Source: Takakia lepidozioides
Taxonomy: Eukaryota > Plantae > Bryophyta
Direction of reading: 5' to 3'
Assembly: GCA_030704615.1 (NCBI GenBank)
Contig: CM060731.1
Location: 14,880,001 to 14,944,000, forward strand
DNA length: 64,000 nt
Positions within the stretch are counted from its first letter, which is position 1, and every line of letters starts with the position of its first letter. This document shows positions 10,671 to 24,905 of the stretch, one piece after another. The translations under genes were made by a program, and so were the position numbers. Below the pieces are notes generated by a model, which saw only the letters and a list, made by a program, of their open reading frames with translations, searched no databases and was not told where the DNA came from.

Positions 10671-12172
10671 TTGCTTGTGAATTGATGACAACACCACCTA
10701 GGTGGCAAGGCTTATTGTGAGGAGCATTCACACATGAAAAATCTATAAGGTAGAGCTAAAGCTTGTTCAAACCAGGACCAAATTTTTAGTGGACTTGAAA
10801 ACGGTGAATTGTCCAAAGATTTTGATAGTATGTGGATGAAGTAGGGATACGTTTGTATGGTTCATTTCTGAGGATGATTCAAGGTGGATAGATATAGCCT
10901 CATGCATGAGCATGAGGCTATATAATTGTTTTAGGACAGGCCCACCAAAAAGGTGCTCATCGCTTAATGGTTAAGTTTACCATTACACCACTCAAATCAA
11001 CAAGTTTTCTTATTGTATTTTTTAATTTACTAATACTAATATTAAGATGATTTTGGACCACTAAACGAAAGAAGAGAAGTGACAACAGCGAGAAGAAATT
11101 GGGCGTATTCAAACCTAGAAAAGGCGGCCCAACACAAATTCACTTAACAAGATGCCACTAAACAAATTGTAATATTTTTGAGTCAATGTATAAACATGTT
11201 TAAGGCATAAAAAAATAAAAAAATAAAAAAATAAAAAATAAAAAACCATGTTCGTGCCCCCTAAGGACCTAGGAGACCTGTTTTGGGTTTCGAAGAAGTA
11301 GATTTTCATGTGTACTTTTTGTAGATCTTAATAATTTTTAATGGTTCCAAGTTCCAACCACAATTAAACATGGCACACTTTCTCACACTGAAAGCAAGCA
11401 GTCAATTCTAGTACAAAACTGTATATGTTTTAGAAAACATATGGATCATGAAATTGGGGCATTCAGGAGGGACCATGCACATTTGATTGTCCATGTGGCG
11501 AGGCATGATTGGCCCACATTAGTAGAATTACTTATCACCAGGCTACTGTAATGCATTCCACACCCTCACCGCCGGGATTTAGTGAAACATCTCACTATCA
11601 ATGTCAAATCAATGGCTGACATTAGCTCATATTGAATTGCCAAGTTATACTGGAGGTCATTTTGACCCCCCTTCAAACACATACGAATGACCCTTATTAA
11701 AAATAGGTTGTTTGATTTGAAATTTTCAGAGCAGTTGGCTAGGATACCATACCACATTTCTATATGGGAGGCAAAAATCAACCTGTCACTCAAAGAGCCC
11801 AACATCAGGAAGATCTTAGCAAGGATTTTCTCAGATTTGATGTCCGAGGGGCGTAAGGTGTGGTTTTGTCTTAAATGTGGAGAAAGGAGATGATTGCAAC
11901 TCCTTTGGGCTTTTGATCAGTCCTGTTGCAGAATGGGCACATCTGCTCCCACTTTTCTGCCTCGAGGATTACTTGGAACAACATCCCCCATCCCTCGAAA
12001 ATTGCCAATTGAAGGAGACGACGCAGAGATTAACTGGTGTCATCGCAAACTCCGACTCCCCCTTTTTAAGGCTCACTTAGACTTTGGAAGTGGGCCTTTA
12101 GACCCCCATCTTCTATTTCCCATCTTCTCCATGTCTTCTGTCTCTCTGTGTCACGATTCCCCGCTATTCCTC

Positions 12173-12176
<4 letters not shown>

Positions 12177-12210
<34 letters not shown>
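12177..12210. repeat. (CT)n microsatellite
   Basis: Direct read. Confidence 0.95.
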
Positions 12211-12215
<5 letters not shown>

Positions 12216-12386
12216 TAGGGAGTCCTACGCCTTCATGGCCCCCATTAGTTAATTTTTTCCACTTGTTATCTCCCTTTTCAATAAAATCCAGGGCCTCTGT
12301 CCCCTATTATGCCCCACCCCACCCCCAACCCCCCACGCCCCCCCCCCCCCCTCCCCCCGGAAAAAAAAAAACTTGGTCAAAACTCA

Positions 12387-12593
12387 AATACCGTAGTACC
12401 TTGGCAATTTCGACACAAATTTTAATATTTCAAAGATTGTTGAAAATTTTGAAAATTTATTGTGTGAAATTAGGTAAATTTGTGAATGATAATAAAGCAT
12501 CTTTAAGAATATTCCATATGTTGAAATGAAATTCTCAAAATAAAATAAATTTTCGACAGATGATTGTTGATCTTGCCAAGGTACTACGGTATT
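12387..12593. mobile_element. MITE-like element with a 21-bp perfect inverted repeat
   Basis: AATACCGTAGTACCTTGGCAA (12387-12407) / TTGCCAAGGTACTACGGTATT (12573-12593) flanking an AT-rich interior. Confidence 0.7.
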
Positions 12594-13379
12594 ATACTTT
12601 GCAATTGAATCCTCCCCCCACTAAAACACTAAAATGTCTCTTCTCCTACGGTGAATTTATCAGGTTATCCTAGGAAGGTTCAATTTGTTGGATGAATATG
12701 GTAAGTGTGTAGCCTCAGTTTTATGGAATGGTATTTATTTCAAGATGGTTCAGGTTCCAAAATTTTATTTTCTAAGGGCCTGCTTGCAAAACCCACCAAA
12801 GGGAGGCAGAATGTAAATTCTAGTGACGACCGAAGGTCGAGAGCTAGTTTAGCGTAGAGCGTGAATAGGGTGCCAAAGTGCCACATCATCGTAACCAGGT
12901 CATCGTAGACATGTCATCGTTGTCATTTGTGTGGTCGGTTGTAACGGCCCGCTTTGAAATGACCGCAAATGAGCATCGAATTGGAGGGCTTGGAGGGCGT
13001 CTCTATAGAAACAGATAAGGAGTACATGCTATGTATGCTTGGCTGTACCCTATTCCCAGCAAAAGAGGTTATTGCAGTGAAACTTCCCCTACTAACCTGC
13101 TGATAATTCTAGCCTGAAACGAATGTACTCTGGGTGATGAAGCAAGAAAGCGCATGGAGCATGGAACAGCGCTGGCAGGAGTTGTTTGAAGATACTTCAC
13201 AATGGTGAGACAGTAGCCTTGACAAGGTGAGCTTTCTTGTGTAGGACTTTGACTGAACTCTAGTACGATCGTATTGTGTGGACTGGTGAGTGAAGTCAGA
13301 ATTTTGCTTTGCTGTCTGTATCGAGGTTGTTCTTCCTGAGCAGGTGGGTCACATACCGATCTTAGAGGGAGATCAAACA

Positions 13380-15334
13380 TGGTGGATGCTTTGGAATGAA
13401 CACTTTTCCGACCCCAGTCAATGGTGGGACAATGGAGACAAAAAGGTAAATGCCTGTTGGACTACAGAGAGAAGCAGATGCAATTCAGAATCAAAACTAC
13501 TGTAAAAGTAAGGTTGGGGTGTTTGCTGGAAGAACTTCAAGCCGTCAGCGTCAGCTGCTAGCAGCAAGGCTCAGGTTGTATTCACAGGGCTAGGGATAGA
13601 GGTCCAAATTCATCCAAGAAGGCCAGATTTCAAACACAAATTACTTTTGATTCCCTGTGGATCAATAGCTACAAGAATAGTAGATGGTCAATTGGAAACA
13701 ACAGTGGCAGCAGCACAATTGATAGAACAAGGCATTGCTCATGAAGGCACCTTCTCCAACACATTTCAGCCTATTTCTCCCTGTTATCAGAGTCGTCCCT
13801 AAATTTTCATGTTTAATTCTGCAAATTAGCTGGTTGAGTGACTTTTTGATAGTTTGGAGTGACTTTGACATGATATTGCCAATGTGACAAGAGGAAAGCA
13901 TCCAGAAACATGTAACAGAATGTACTCATAAGACGTTGTTTGCCGTAGCCTTGTGGCTAAACAGGTAACAGAGACGAGGAGAAGCTGTGGAATGAATACT
14001 TTTCTGACCCCAGTCGAAGGGACAATTGAGGCAAAAAAGTGAATGCCTGTTGGATTGTAGAGAATAGCAGATGCAATTGAGCATATGAACTAGTGTGATA
14101 CGTTGAGTTGGGTGTTTCCTATTGATAGTTTGGAGTGACTTTGACATGATACTGCCAATGTGACAAGAGGAAAGTATCCAGAAACAGGTAACAAAGACGA
14201 GAAAAAGTTGTGGAATGAATACTTTTCTGACCCGAGTCAATGGTGGAACAATCGAGGCAAAAAGGTGAATGCATGTTGGATTACAGAGACATGTATGCCA
14301 AATGTGGGTGCATTGAGGATGCGAAGGGAGTTTTCAACACTATGGCTGAACAAGATGTGGTGTCGTGGCACGCGATGCTTGCAGGGTAGGCACAGCAAGG
14401 ACGTGGGATGGTGGCTTTGGAGACCTATGATCAAATAATGGGGGAAGGGGTGAAGCCCAACCACATCACGTTTGTGTGCATTTGCAATGTATGTGCAAGC
14501 CTGACAGCCCTGGAAAAGAGCAAAGAGGTGCATGGTTGCATCGTGAAAGCTGGAATTGTACCAGATGTCATTCTGAACCATACCCTCGTGGACATGTATG
14601 CCAAATGTGGGAGGCATTTCAGCAGATTCAGATACGTTTGTCTGTCTCTTGCTTAAGTGCATCAAGATGAAAGGTCTGGAAGCTGGAAAACAGGTGCACA
14701 CTCACATTATCCAAAGTGGATTCACGCCAAGTGTTTTTCTCCTCAACACCCTTGTCAACATGTATGTTAAGTGCGGGAGCATTATGGATGCTCACCAAGT
14801 GTTCAACTGAATGCCTCAATGATCGATCTTTGATCACGTGGAATATAATGTTGGCAGGATTTACAAAGCATGGGTGTGGTAGGAATGCTATGGAGACCTA
14901 TGAGCAAAATGCTGCACGAAGGGGTGAAGCCCAACCACATCACATTTATTTGTGTTTGCAATGCTTGTGCAAGCCTGGGAGCTCTGGAAAAGGGGAAAGA
15001 GGTCCATGGTGACATCGTCAAAGCTGGAATTGTACCGGATGTCATTCTGAACGTTGCCCTAGTGGACATGTATGCCAAATGTGGGTGCATTGAGGATGCG
15101 AAGGGAGTTTTCAACACTATGGCTGAACAAGATGTGGTGTCGTGGCACGCGATGCTTGCAGGGTACACACAACAGGGACGTGGGATGGTGGCTTTGGAGA
15201 CCTATGATCAAATGATGGGGGAAGGGGTGAAGCCCAACCACATCACATTTGTGTGCATTTGCATTGTATGTGCAAGCCTGGCAGCCCTGGAAAGGGCAAA
15301 GAGGTGCATGATTATTCTGGGAGGTACCCCATGA
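13380..15334 (+). pseudogene. PDF-motif (OSB-type ssDNA-binding) + PLS-class PPR pseudogene
   Basis: [15 protein letters not shown].. and HPRRPDFKHK..DSLWI (PDF motif; the WWDN half recurs at ~13990 and ~14210). PPR repeats follow ([36 protein letters not shown]; GVKPNHITFVCI). Frameshifts, stops and internal duplications are present. Confidence 0.85.
13920..13958 (-). mobile_element. 39-bp 5'-truncated retroposon tail with a 14-bp target-site duplication
   Basis: AAACATGTAACAGA (13906-13919) and AAACAGGTAACAGA (13959-13972) flank it. The paralogous segment at ~14180 lacks the insert. Confidence 0.8.
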
Positions 15335-15981
15335 TTGTTTCACCTTATGGCTTTGGCGAGATTATTTTTTCCTCATTCTCCTTTTGTCAATTTGCGTAAC
15401 AGGGCCTCCATTCCCTTTTCTCTGTTGGCCATGCCCCAGGCAGAAATACACTAAGGGTTTCTCGAGTTTGCGGCCGATTACAAATTAGTTCAAAAGACGG
15501 GTGTAAATGGAGTTTTTCATCCATATTTACAGATGAACACTGAAAAGTATAATGATTCATTCACTTTCCGTGGTGGTTGCATTGCGGTGGTCCTTCTAGC
15601 AGCAATGCAGCTTGCTTTATGGGAATTTCATAATTACAACAGGGTAGCGCTTGCATGTATTCCACACATTTGTTAAAAAGAAAAATGAAAAAAAAATATA
15701 AGTGAAAACTGTAAAAGAATGACCATTAGAATGATCTCATGAAAACCTTTCAGTTGCAATCTCCCTTTCATTCCACATTTTTTTGACTTAATGAACAGAA
15801 CTGGATGTTACTGACATGAAGACAAGTTGTGGCTTATTCCACAGGTAACCTCCGATTCCACATCCCTGGCATATGGCTAGACGGTTTCAACAGTATGTGC
15901 ATATGGAATTTTTTTTGAAGACCTTTCACATGGGGCTCCGATGGTCTAGTGATATCACCAAATGGTATATGCTACAGTCAT

Positions 15982-18900
15982 CTACATCTCTTCCACTTGT
16001 AGTTTGAACCCACAAAGGCACCACTTAGTCCTCACACCAGTTTCCTCATCATAGCTCTGATTCTCTTCAGAAAAGTGATGAGTATGCAGTGCGTCTGGCC
16101 CTCCTTTCTTTTGCTCTACATCATTTCCTACCCTCCCTATGCCACCTGCTTTTTCTCCATGCAAGAATTTCTTAGCATCCATTATGCCACTTGGACTGGG
16201 TGTAGTGGTGCTACCTGCAGGACATGAATCTGTCTTATCGTTGTTTTCCTCTACACTCGTGCCTGTCTGGAGTCTGGGGGATGCAAGAAGGGATGCACTT
16301 TCGGCTTCGTAGGTTGCCCGCAGACGTTGGCGAGTTGCCACAGAGCGCAGCAGCTGGGACCACCGGCCAGCTGCCTGGTCTTCCCTCTTTCTCAGCACCT
16401 CTGCATTCCGTTGGTCCTCCGCTTCTGCATATGCCTGCAGTGAAAACATGGAAGCGAATTGAAATATGTACCGTCATCAAATCAATTCCTTGCACATACA
16501 CAATGATAATTCTGGCTGGGGACCAGTAGGAAACTAGAGCTCTACGGTGTATAGTTAAAAAGTGTAGAGCTGCACAGCTTATACATAGGATTGCCTCATG
16601 TAGTGCCAAGAATGAAGAGAAACAATATTTATCATATCATGTGTCACTTTTTTTTCACTTTCAGCACCTTTATCAGCAGATCATGTACTTACATCCATAA
16701 TCAGGCCCTCAAACTCTTCACAAACCACAATGCCATCATACACTGGAAATGACCGCCCCTTGCGAATCTCAAAGCCGACCATGGCTGGTGCAAAATCAAT
16801 GCCCAGTAGTTGAGCTAAGGGGACTAGGCGTGGGAAGCGGAGATGCACAGTGCCGGGAGGTATACACTTCTCTGACCACACATCCACCTGACCACGTTCA
16901 TTCTGATGCAAAAAATGTGATACAACCCCATTAGAACATGTTTCAGTTGTTAACCTATTCCGTGACAAAATCTAGCTAATCATTTTATCACCCAACATTC
17001 GTAAAGCACTGCTCTCAATAATTAACTTTGTAAACATACCTCCCCAACCAGAAACTGGATTACGTTTCCCGAGCGATTCTGGATTACAGCCCTCAGCCCG
17101 GGGCACTTCCGTAATCCGGGCAGGGGTAGGGGGAAATTTTCGAGCAGTGCTTTATGACAGGTAAAGTTCCTACCCTCGAACTTTCCTGGAGTTTCGAGTC
17201 TGCCCTCGGGGCGCGACTCTCAAATCCACGGGAGTCCCCCCTCAGGTAAGAACTTTATCTCTTACATAAGAGCCACCGATTAGGGCTCCCTTTAAAAGCA
17301 AGTGGCAGTTTACATACAAATGCTGCCAGGAAGGGAGTCCTATGGCTGGAAAAAAGAGAAGTTTCCTGACTAAGGTCCTTCAATAAGTTGATGCTATATG
17401 GTATGGCTATTAGGCCAATTGTTTGGCAGATAAGGTGCCTTACCCTCGGTACAATTCCACCGACAGCACGAGGGGGCTGCCAGGCTTCTGTCTGCCATTT
17501 CCCAAACAACGTTGTGCTTGATCCTGGGGTACTTCCTTCCTCCAGATTCAGCTTAGCTACGTCTGAATGGCTTTCTTTACTTGACAGATGAGATGCCTTG
17601 ACAACCTGCGCTTGCGCCCATGGGAAGTTAGAAATGATGATTGTCACTGCAGGAAGTAAAGGGTTCTACCTTCATTGCTGTCAAATCATGACCTGTTGCA
17701 TCTCCAGCTGGTGGGATCAGGTAAGCGCATTTCTCGCCTATGAAATTCGTGACAATGTTTTTATTTGATATGTGCTGTCAGACGTCTCGTGAATGAGACA
17801 AGGTGACTGCCAGTTATAAAGGCATGTCACTGACATCAATAATCACATTTCGTCAGGGACGCTGCCACCCCCAGACTCAAGGTCATAAAATGGTGTCGCT
17901 CTGACTACACATTAAGCTAGTTTTTCAAACTCTAGATGCAAAAAAAAGTGTTCTGTGGAACATTTGTTCCTGATGTTATATGCATATGAATAAAAGTTAC
18001 GGCATTGTGATTACAGTAGCCTCGGACCCACCTTCATCGGCCACCAGCCCCTAGTCCTATTTGCTCCAGGTTTATGGTTCTCAGTGGTTGACAGATTACA
18101 TGCAAATTGTCATTACATCAAAATTGAGTTCCAAGATCATTTCAAAGGACCACAAACCTTTGCGGGTGACTCCCCAAGCTTTACTTTACGACCGTCTCGA
18201 AGCCAACGGTCAGCTGTGTGCAAAGTCTGGACGCTGCTGCGTGGGTAGACTGCCTGCCCTGCACAGTACCCCAGCACTGGTCCCTTGGGATACAAGGTCT
18301 GGTATTTGGTCAACCATCTCTCTATCACATAAAGATGATGACTTTTGTATGCCTGCCACCCAGAAGAGAAAAGAGGTTAACAATTAAAAAAGCGCGAGAG
18401 AAAAAAATAACCCCTCCTCCCTCTTTGATTGCAAAGATGCTTAGCAAATTGATTGTTAGGCTATCTAATGACAGTTGCATGCAAAGATACTACCAAGTCA
18501 AGGAATCCACCAACAACCAGGTTAGATACAGGTCATGAAAATTCTCTTTCATTCATTCTGCCTACTGAAGTGTACATGAGAGGAAGAGACCTGCTGATTG
18601 GTTGGCAAAGGCTCTGTAAACATTTTGGTGTCCATTTCCATATCTTCAAGAGCACTGCGAGTATTGTTGTGAGGAGAGGAACCTGATGAATTTCTTTGAT
18701 TCAATTGCTCAAGCTTCAGTTCCTTCACAGGGGTTAATTTCCCACTAGAACCCAGTCCAGTAAGCAGTTGAATATCAGTTGAGTGTCCACTGATCTCAAG
18801 CCCTCCCACCTCCGAACCTCCCCAACCATTTGGTGCTTTAGGTTGGCACTCTGTAGAGCCTGTTTGGAATGTGAGTGGAAGTGGAGAGCTCACAGATGAG

Positions 18901-21900
18901 CCGGCAGTTGCCAGTGCCTCCAGTTGCCTGAGAGGACCTAAGGTGGAGTCCCACCAGCTTGCATCCACCCTAAGGGGGGTGACTGTTGACCACATAGTGA
19001 CATACCTGATGAACCAATTGACATGCAAAACTTGACTGAAACCCTCTGTTTGAAGATAGATCTTCCATCTGCCTCTTATCATGTAGTTTGAGTCAATCCC
19101 TTTCCCTCAGTCCCTACATCTTCAATCTGTAGCAGTGTTTGAGTGGATCTCAATGACTTGGTCACGCATGCTAATTGAGAACAGAAATACAAAAGGTGAG
19201 CTATTTTTCAAGGTTTCATACAATCGGTTCCTACGAGTCCATCAGAGGAGCAACGATTACAATTTGAAGGGGAGGATTCAATATGAGATGCAACTTGGGA
19301 AGAACATCTTGATCATTTGTCCAGTCACTTGCTCAGTAGTTCTCCACTCCATGATGAACTCCACGTCAAGTCGCAAAGAAGCAAGGGTCCTAACCTCCTA
19401 AAGGAAGAGTTACTTCACCTGCGAGTGAGATCCTTGGCTCCAGATCCGGCAAATGCAACCACATAACGCAATGGCAAGTGACATGTGGCTGCTGCCCCCT
19501 CTACCTTGTCTGCACCATCCACAATCCCTCTTGCAGCATCCACATGTATCCACCTGCAAAACAGCTGAGTCATGATGACTGACTGTCACTTTTACCTACT
19601 TTTCCAAAGAAACTTGAAATAAAGACAGTCATCTACGTAGCTGTAGCAATTCACTTTTCTTTGTAGATGTGGAAGGTTGTGAATCAGTGTTCCCTTTAGT
19701 TTCTTAGTTGTTCACTTTAATGCTCACCTACCAGTGTCGCTCTCTCCTCCACAGTAGACCTCTGCCCACTGCAGGACAGGTCCCATTTTCCGAGACCAAA
19801 CTGCAGCATTTGTCCCTCCTTTACTGTTCTTCCCCAACTTAGCAGCCCCTGCCGCACTTTTTTGTTGCTTCCAGCTTGTCCAGCCAGTGCCTACCATTGC
19901 CTTCCCCTTATCAACATTAGAGGTCTCACTGACATCCATGCTCTTAACCTCTGCTGAAGCTGTAGCAGCAAGTGCCATAGCAATCTGTAGCTCAAACTCT
20001 TCGTCCCCCTTCCTTTTTGAAGTTGTACATTTTCCTGGGCCCATGGCCAACTCAACCTCATTACCACCTGCCAACCTGCCAGCTCCACTGTCTCTGGGAT
20101 CTGCATCACTTGTTTTGGAGACCTGCTTTCCACCACCCCTCACTTTTGCATTTGCGGTGTTGTTGCTAGTCTTCATTGCCCTCTTCCCCTTGGGTCTATC
20201 ATCTCTTTGACCACCACCTTCACCCCAGACCCTCCCTCTGCTTTGGTTTCCCTCTTGGTCCCTTCCACCTGCGGTTTGTACATTATTTGCAGGTACCCTT
20301 GCACTCGAACTGTTTGTCGTGAGACTGTTGGGTAAAGCTGAGGGCACACAGCGAGCCAGAATCTGGGTCAACGTTGCCACCTTCTTACTCTCAAGATCGA
20401 TTTGAGGTTGGAACCTGATTCCAATCTCTTCATCAGCAGCCTCTGGTTCCCAGTTGGCAGAAGCTTCAAGGGACTCAGCATCTGGTTTGAGGGATGCCAC
20501 ATCCAGCACAGCCACATACCTGAAATTCATACTTCCAGTTCAGCCTGACGAATCGAAAACCCCACATTAGGTGATGCTCCCTGTAACTTTTGACAAATAA
20601 CACTTGAACTTTTATCAGTCCCTTTCAAGTGCTATTACATTGTAGAAGTGGAAACATGATTTTCCTCGGCCTCAAGAAAAACTATTACAGAGTTATTCCT
20701 GGACGAATTATATCTGGCAAAGACCATCCCACAAAGCCTTGCTTCCCTTTCATTAGTAGCTCCAAGGAACCAAAACACTTAGAGAGTAGCATCACAAGTA
20801 AAGGGACCACACAAGATCAAAGAGAAAATGTACCGGGTAGTGAAACCTAAGCCTCGGAAAAGAGAGACGGAGAGTGCAGCAATCTGCAGCACAACCCATT
20901 ACACAATCTTTAAAGAATGGCACTGGGATTGCAGCCCTTACTCCTGACCTGCCTGCCTGCTGCTGTTACAGTCTTATCTCTTTCGCTCACTCAAATTGAC
21001 TGGCAGTTTTATGGTTATGGTGGCTGGTGCCACTGTTCTGTTCATTCCGTCTTCTCTTTTCCTGTCACATAAGCTCATTGAGTTACCTGTGGACATGATA
21101 TAGTCTCTTCTTTACTTCTTTCTCTGTAATGCTCTTAGTCCACAAGGCTACGGCAAACAATGTCTTATGAGTACATTCTGTAACCCTCTAGTGAAGTCAG
21201 TGACTGATATTGATGCCAAGAGTAGTCAGACCAAAGGGGGAATGATGCTGAAAAGTGAACAAGTTGCAACCTCGAACCCAGCCTTTCATGAACAATTGGA
21301 CTCAGGACTACCCTTAAGGGCCTTTCCACGCTGCAGTAGACTAAAGTTAGAACTAAGAGTAAGTTGTTTCATAACTTGAGGTTAATCCATCTCAGAAAGA
21401 GCATGTCCCATTTTTGTGGGCATGATGGTGAGACTACTGACCTTACCGACACATTTTAAGGGTCTCTCTAGAGTACCTCTTCTGGAGATCCAACTTGCTT
21501 TTGAAGGACCTGAGGTAAACGAGTCTGTAATGGTTCACCATCTAGCCCAATTGCATGTGACGAGCCTTCCCCAGGCGTCAGCAGACGGAAGGTGCTGTGA
21601 AACTGCACACAAAGACCCACCAGTCCCATGAAACATACATCCTCTAGTATAAAAAAAAGACAAAGCACAATTTACAAACTTTTCCCAAGAGGAATGAGAG
21701 CCTCACCATTGGAAATGACTCTCGAGCAGACAGTTCTCTGCTATAACCTTTCAAACCTTCAACTGCAGCACATTTCCAAGACACCTCTAGAAGTGACTGC
21801 ACACTCTGTTACTTGCCATTGGCACGAGTAAGCCAGTAAACTACAAGATGAAGATTCAGGTGACACCTCTTGTATGCCGAGGTGGTCCAGGATAATGCAG

Positions 21901-24428
21901 CTAGTTACGTAACATTCTCACTGGTCAATTTAGTTGTTATTCACTGTGTTGGAATGATGGCTTACCCAGCTAACTAGATGCTCCAATCGGCCTGGTGTCA
22001 GCTTCTCGATGTCAACGGATGGCATCAGACGCGATGGGAGTACAGAGACTAATGAAGCCTTCGATGGTCGTTGATGCCGGCACAGGAACCCAGATAAAAA
22101 AGCTGAGAGTGCCTTCATTGAACAAAGTAGGAAATAACCAAGGCAGGACAAAAAGGCAACACCAAGAGAGCCATCTTATCTGACCTTATAAGCATTTTTT
22201 TTGCAGAAACTAAGCAAGATATATGGAGTCAGAATGGCAGGCAACCAAGATAAATCTCATACTGGAGCGTCCAAAGTAACATCAATTAGAGACCTGAAGA
22301 AGAGGGTCATCACATGCAGCATCAATGGCCCTTCCTCGTGCTAGCAAGCAGAGCAAATGTGACTTGTGGACCAGCGTTGCAAATTCCTGCCAAGTCAGAT
22401 GAGCAAATCAGCCAATCTTGCATGTTACACCTCTTCAATCTCGCTTGTACGTGCTTGAACAGTAGGCGCCTCATATCTACAACCTTATGAATCATGAAGG
22501 TAGGCTGGCCTTAACTGTGCAACTGTGCAGCAGGAATCTCCCCTCTAATCCCCAGCAAATGTCACCTTTCCAGCATCCAAAGATGATACAACACATACTT
22601 TGATGTGCAATAGACTGAACATGGGAAGAACAGCACTCCATCACACACAGAGCTGTGAAATCCCACCTTGGCTAGATACCAACCTACTGCAGTCACTGCA
22701 CTTTGAGAACCCTAACACTGTCTACAGCTCACGGTTGCAATCAATTTTGTTCTGTTTAGAAATATTCAGCAGATAGGATTCGCAGCTCATGGACCTTATC
22801 TTTTGCTGAAGCTCTTTTGAGAGAGACCTTCCCCCGCTGCTTTTCAGAGGAGTCTGCTGGGATACCATCCACATGAAAGCTGACCTCTCCATTCCAACCT
22901 TTGGCAGGGCTATTCTCCCTGTCAATGGGTATCCCCACTCTTGCAGCATCATCACCGTCTTCCCAATCGAATTCATCCTCTTCGCAAGGAAGGGTCTCTT
23001 CAAGCTCCTGTGCACATTACGAATTTGAGGGATTTTTCCAGTACTCACTATAGAGGATCTTGAGATGATATCACCTACAATACAGTCAGAATCTGATTTC
23101 TTTCTAACCATTTTGCTTGGCTTCTCCCTAACATACCTGGCTTGCAGATTGTCCAGCCAGACTGTTCTGCACAGTTGGCTGCTGAAGTTGTCCAGAGTCT
23201 TGTGTTGTCCGGGCGAGTGCCCCACACACCACTGCATCAGTAGTGATGTGTTTTCGTAATAAAGTTCCCTCTCCAGATGACCGGCGTTGTTGGAAAAGGG
23301 TATCATCACATTCTCCTGCTAATTTCCGTCTGGTCTGTCTCTGCCAAAAGGTAGATCTCTCTGAGTTGTGAGCAATACTTGTTGTGATCTTTTCGTATTG
23401 ACAAGTTGATGTAATCTCACAAACAATATACGGACTACTTTCAGTGATAGAAGGTATTCACCGTGCCACCCTGTGAAGTAGCTGCCCGACGCCTTTTGGC
23501 AGCTGCTTGACGCTCGCCAACACGATCCAGCAGCTGGTCCACCGTTTGCTGAGACACATTGGCCAGGGTTGCTGCCCACACCCGTTGGATGATCAGTAGG
23601 ACCTAAAAGTTCACCACTACAATATTGTCCCCTAAGGCATAAATATGCCTAAAAATGGAGAGGTAGCATTGCAAGAAACATTCACAGCTTCAAGGCACAC
23701 ATTTTCCCACAATGGGACTCTTCTACAGGAGATCTCCTAGAAATGTAGGGTGAATGAAGGACATCCACATCCTCAAAATTAATAGAGTCCCCCAGCCAAA
23801 AGTACACGAATGCTATATGAAAGTACACGAGTCGATGAGTGGTGAAAGGTTAGGAAGGGTTGTCTACTGTACACCTACATCCAGTGGCGGCTGTAAGGTC
23901 TGCATTCGAATTTTCAGTCGTCTCTCCATGTAAGGACTCGAGAAGATTTTCAAGCCCTGCATATTGCACTTCTCACTTTAATATTGAAGTGACACACTTA
24001 GCTATAGAATCACTCACAGACTACCAACTAAATTAACAACACCTAACTCTCCATCGCAGAAACATGATATACTTGTCACTAGGTGTCAGGTGACTTTTAT
24101 ATCCATCTGGCTTCACTTTACCATGAACCTTTTTGAGGATGAAGCCTGCTTGTTAAAACCTCTCACCTCTCACAGTGGCAGTCTCTCACCCCTGACTAAG
24201 GTGTATCCTACCTTATTGAGTTGCCATGGGTCTAGACAGCCCACAACAAGCCTCTGCTGCAAAAGTTGCAAGGAGAACCAAACAATGTAATTGGCCTCTG
24301 CTGTAGGCCAATTACATTATGACTAGAATGATTCAACTGAAACAAGCGGGAGTGGTGAAGACCCAGACCAGCTAAGATAGCTCACCAGACTGCTCTTTCG
24401 CAGCTTTGCTTGCCTTTCGAGTCCGCAT
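15982..24428 (-). CDS. RAD4: DNA repair protein RAD4/XPC (multi-exon)
   Basis: Start MRTRKASKAAKEQS (24428). Exons approx. 24386-24428, 24090-24253, 23461-23602, 22792-23276, 22293-22387, 21966-22075, 21443-21603, 20834-20883, 19728-20519, 19419-19553, 18591-19005, 18158-18352, 17444-17605, 16693-16902, 15982-16434. Motifs: WAEVYCG, WIHVDAARGIVDG, AKDLTRRY, EPLPTNQQAYKSHHLY, LFGKWQTE, NERGQVDVWSEKCIPPGTVHL, GIDFAPAMVGFE. Confidence 0.93.
16999..17157. mobile_element. Small inverted-repeat (MITE-like) insertion in a RAD4 intron
   Basis: TCGTAAAGCACTGCTC / GAGCAGTGCTTTATGA (15/16 inverted match), plus an internal GGATTACG/CGTAATCC inverted pair. Confidence 0.55.
21140..21176 (+). mobile_element. 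37-bp retroposon tail with a ~16-bp imperfect TSD, in a RAD4 intron
   Basis: TCTGTAATGCTCTTAGT / TCTGTAACCCTCTAGT flank CCACAAGGCTACGGCAAACAATGTCTTATGAGTACAT. Confidence 0.75.
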
Positions 24429-24905
24429 GAATCAGCCTTTCTGCGTCAAAATTCCCTTGTTAGCTCTCTATGCTCTAAACAGCACATTATAGATATTTTT
24501 GTTCTGAGTGTTAATGGGCTTCCTTAACCCCTGAATGCCGACCCTAAATTCTGCTTGCACACCAGTCAGGCACAGTAATTCAGTCTTAAACGTTCTCGAT
24601 GCCTGAAAATCAGGCGATGACTGAAATTCGTGGTTATTCCATAATCGTTCTATCCCCCAAATCCATCTCTGATACTGGTTGACGATGCCCAATGCCACAT
24701 CGTAGATCCCTTAACGGAAATTGTTTCCTTAGCTTCCTGAAAGAATTAAGCTTAGTTGCTGGGACGAATTGGGTGTTACCCACGTTTCCCTTTCGAATTC
24801 CTTCCACTGTTAGCACTAAGGGCAGATCTTATACTAACTAAAAGAACACTTACTAAAAGCAGAGTACGGAGAAGGCACACAGAGAGAATGACAACATGAA
24901 CTTAC

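Noticed and set aside
11894-12529. 211-aa ORF
   Set aside because: It runs through a (CT)n tract, poly-C/poly-A and a MITE; no domain is recognisable.
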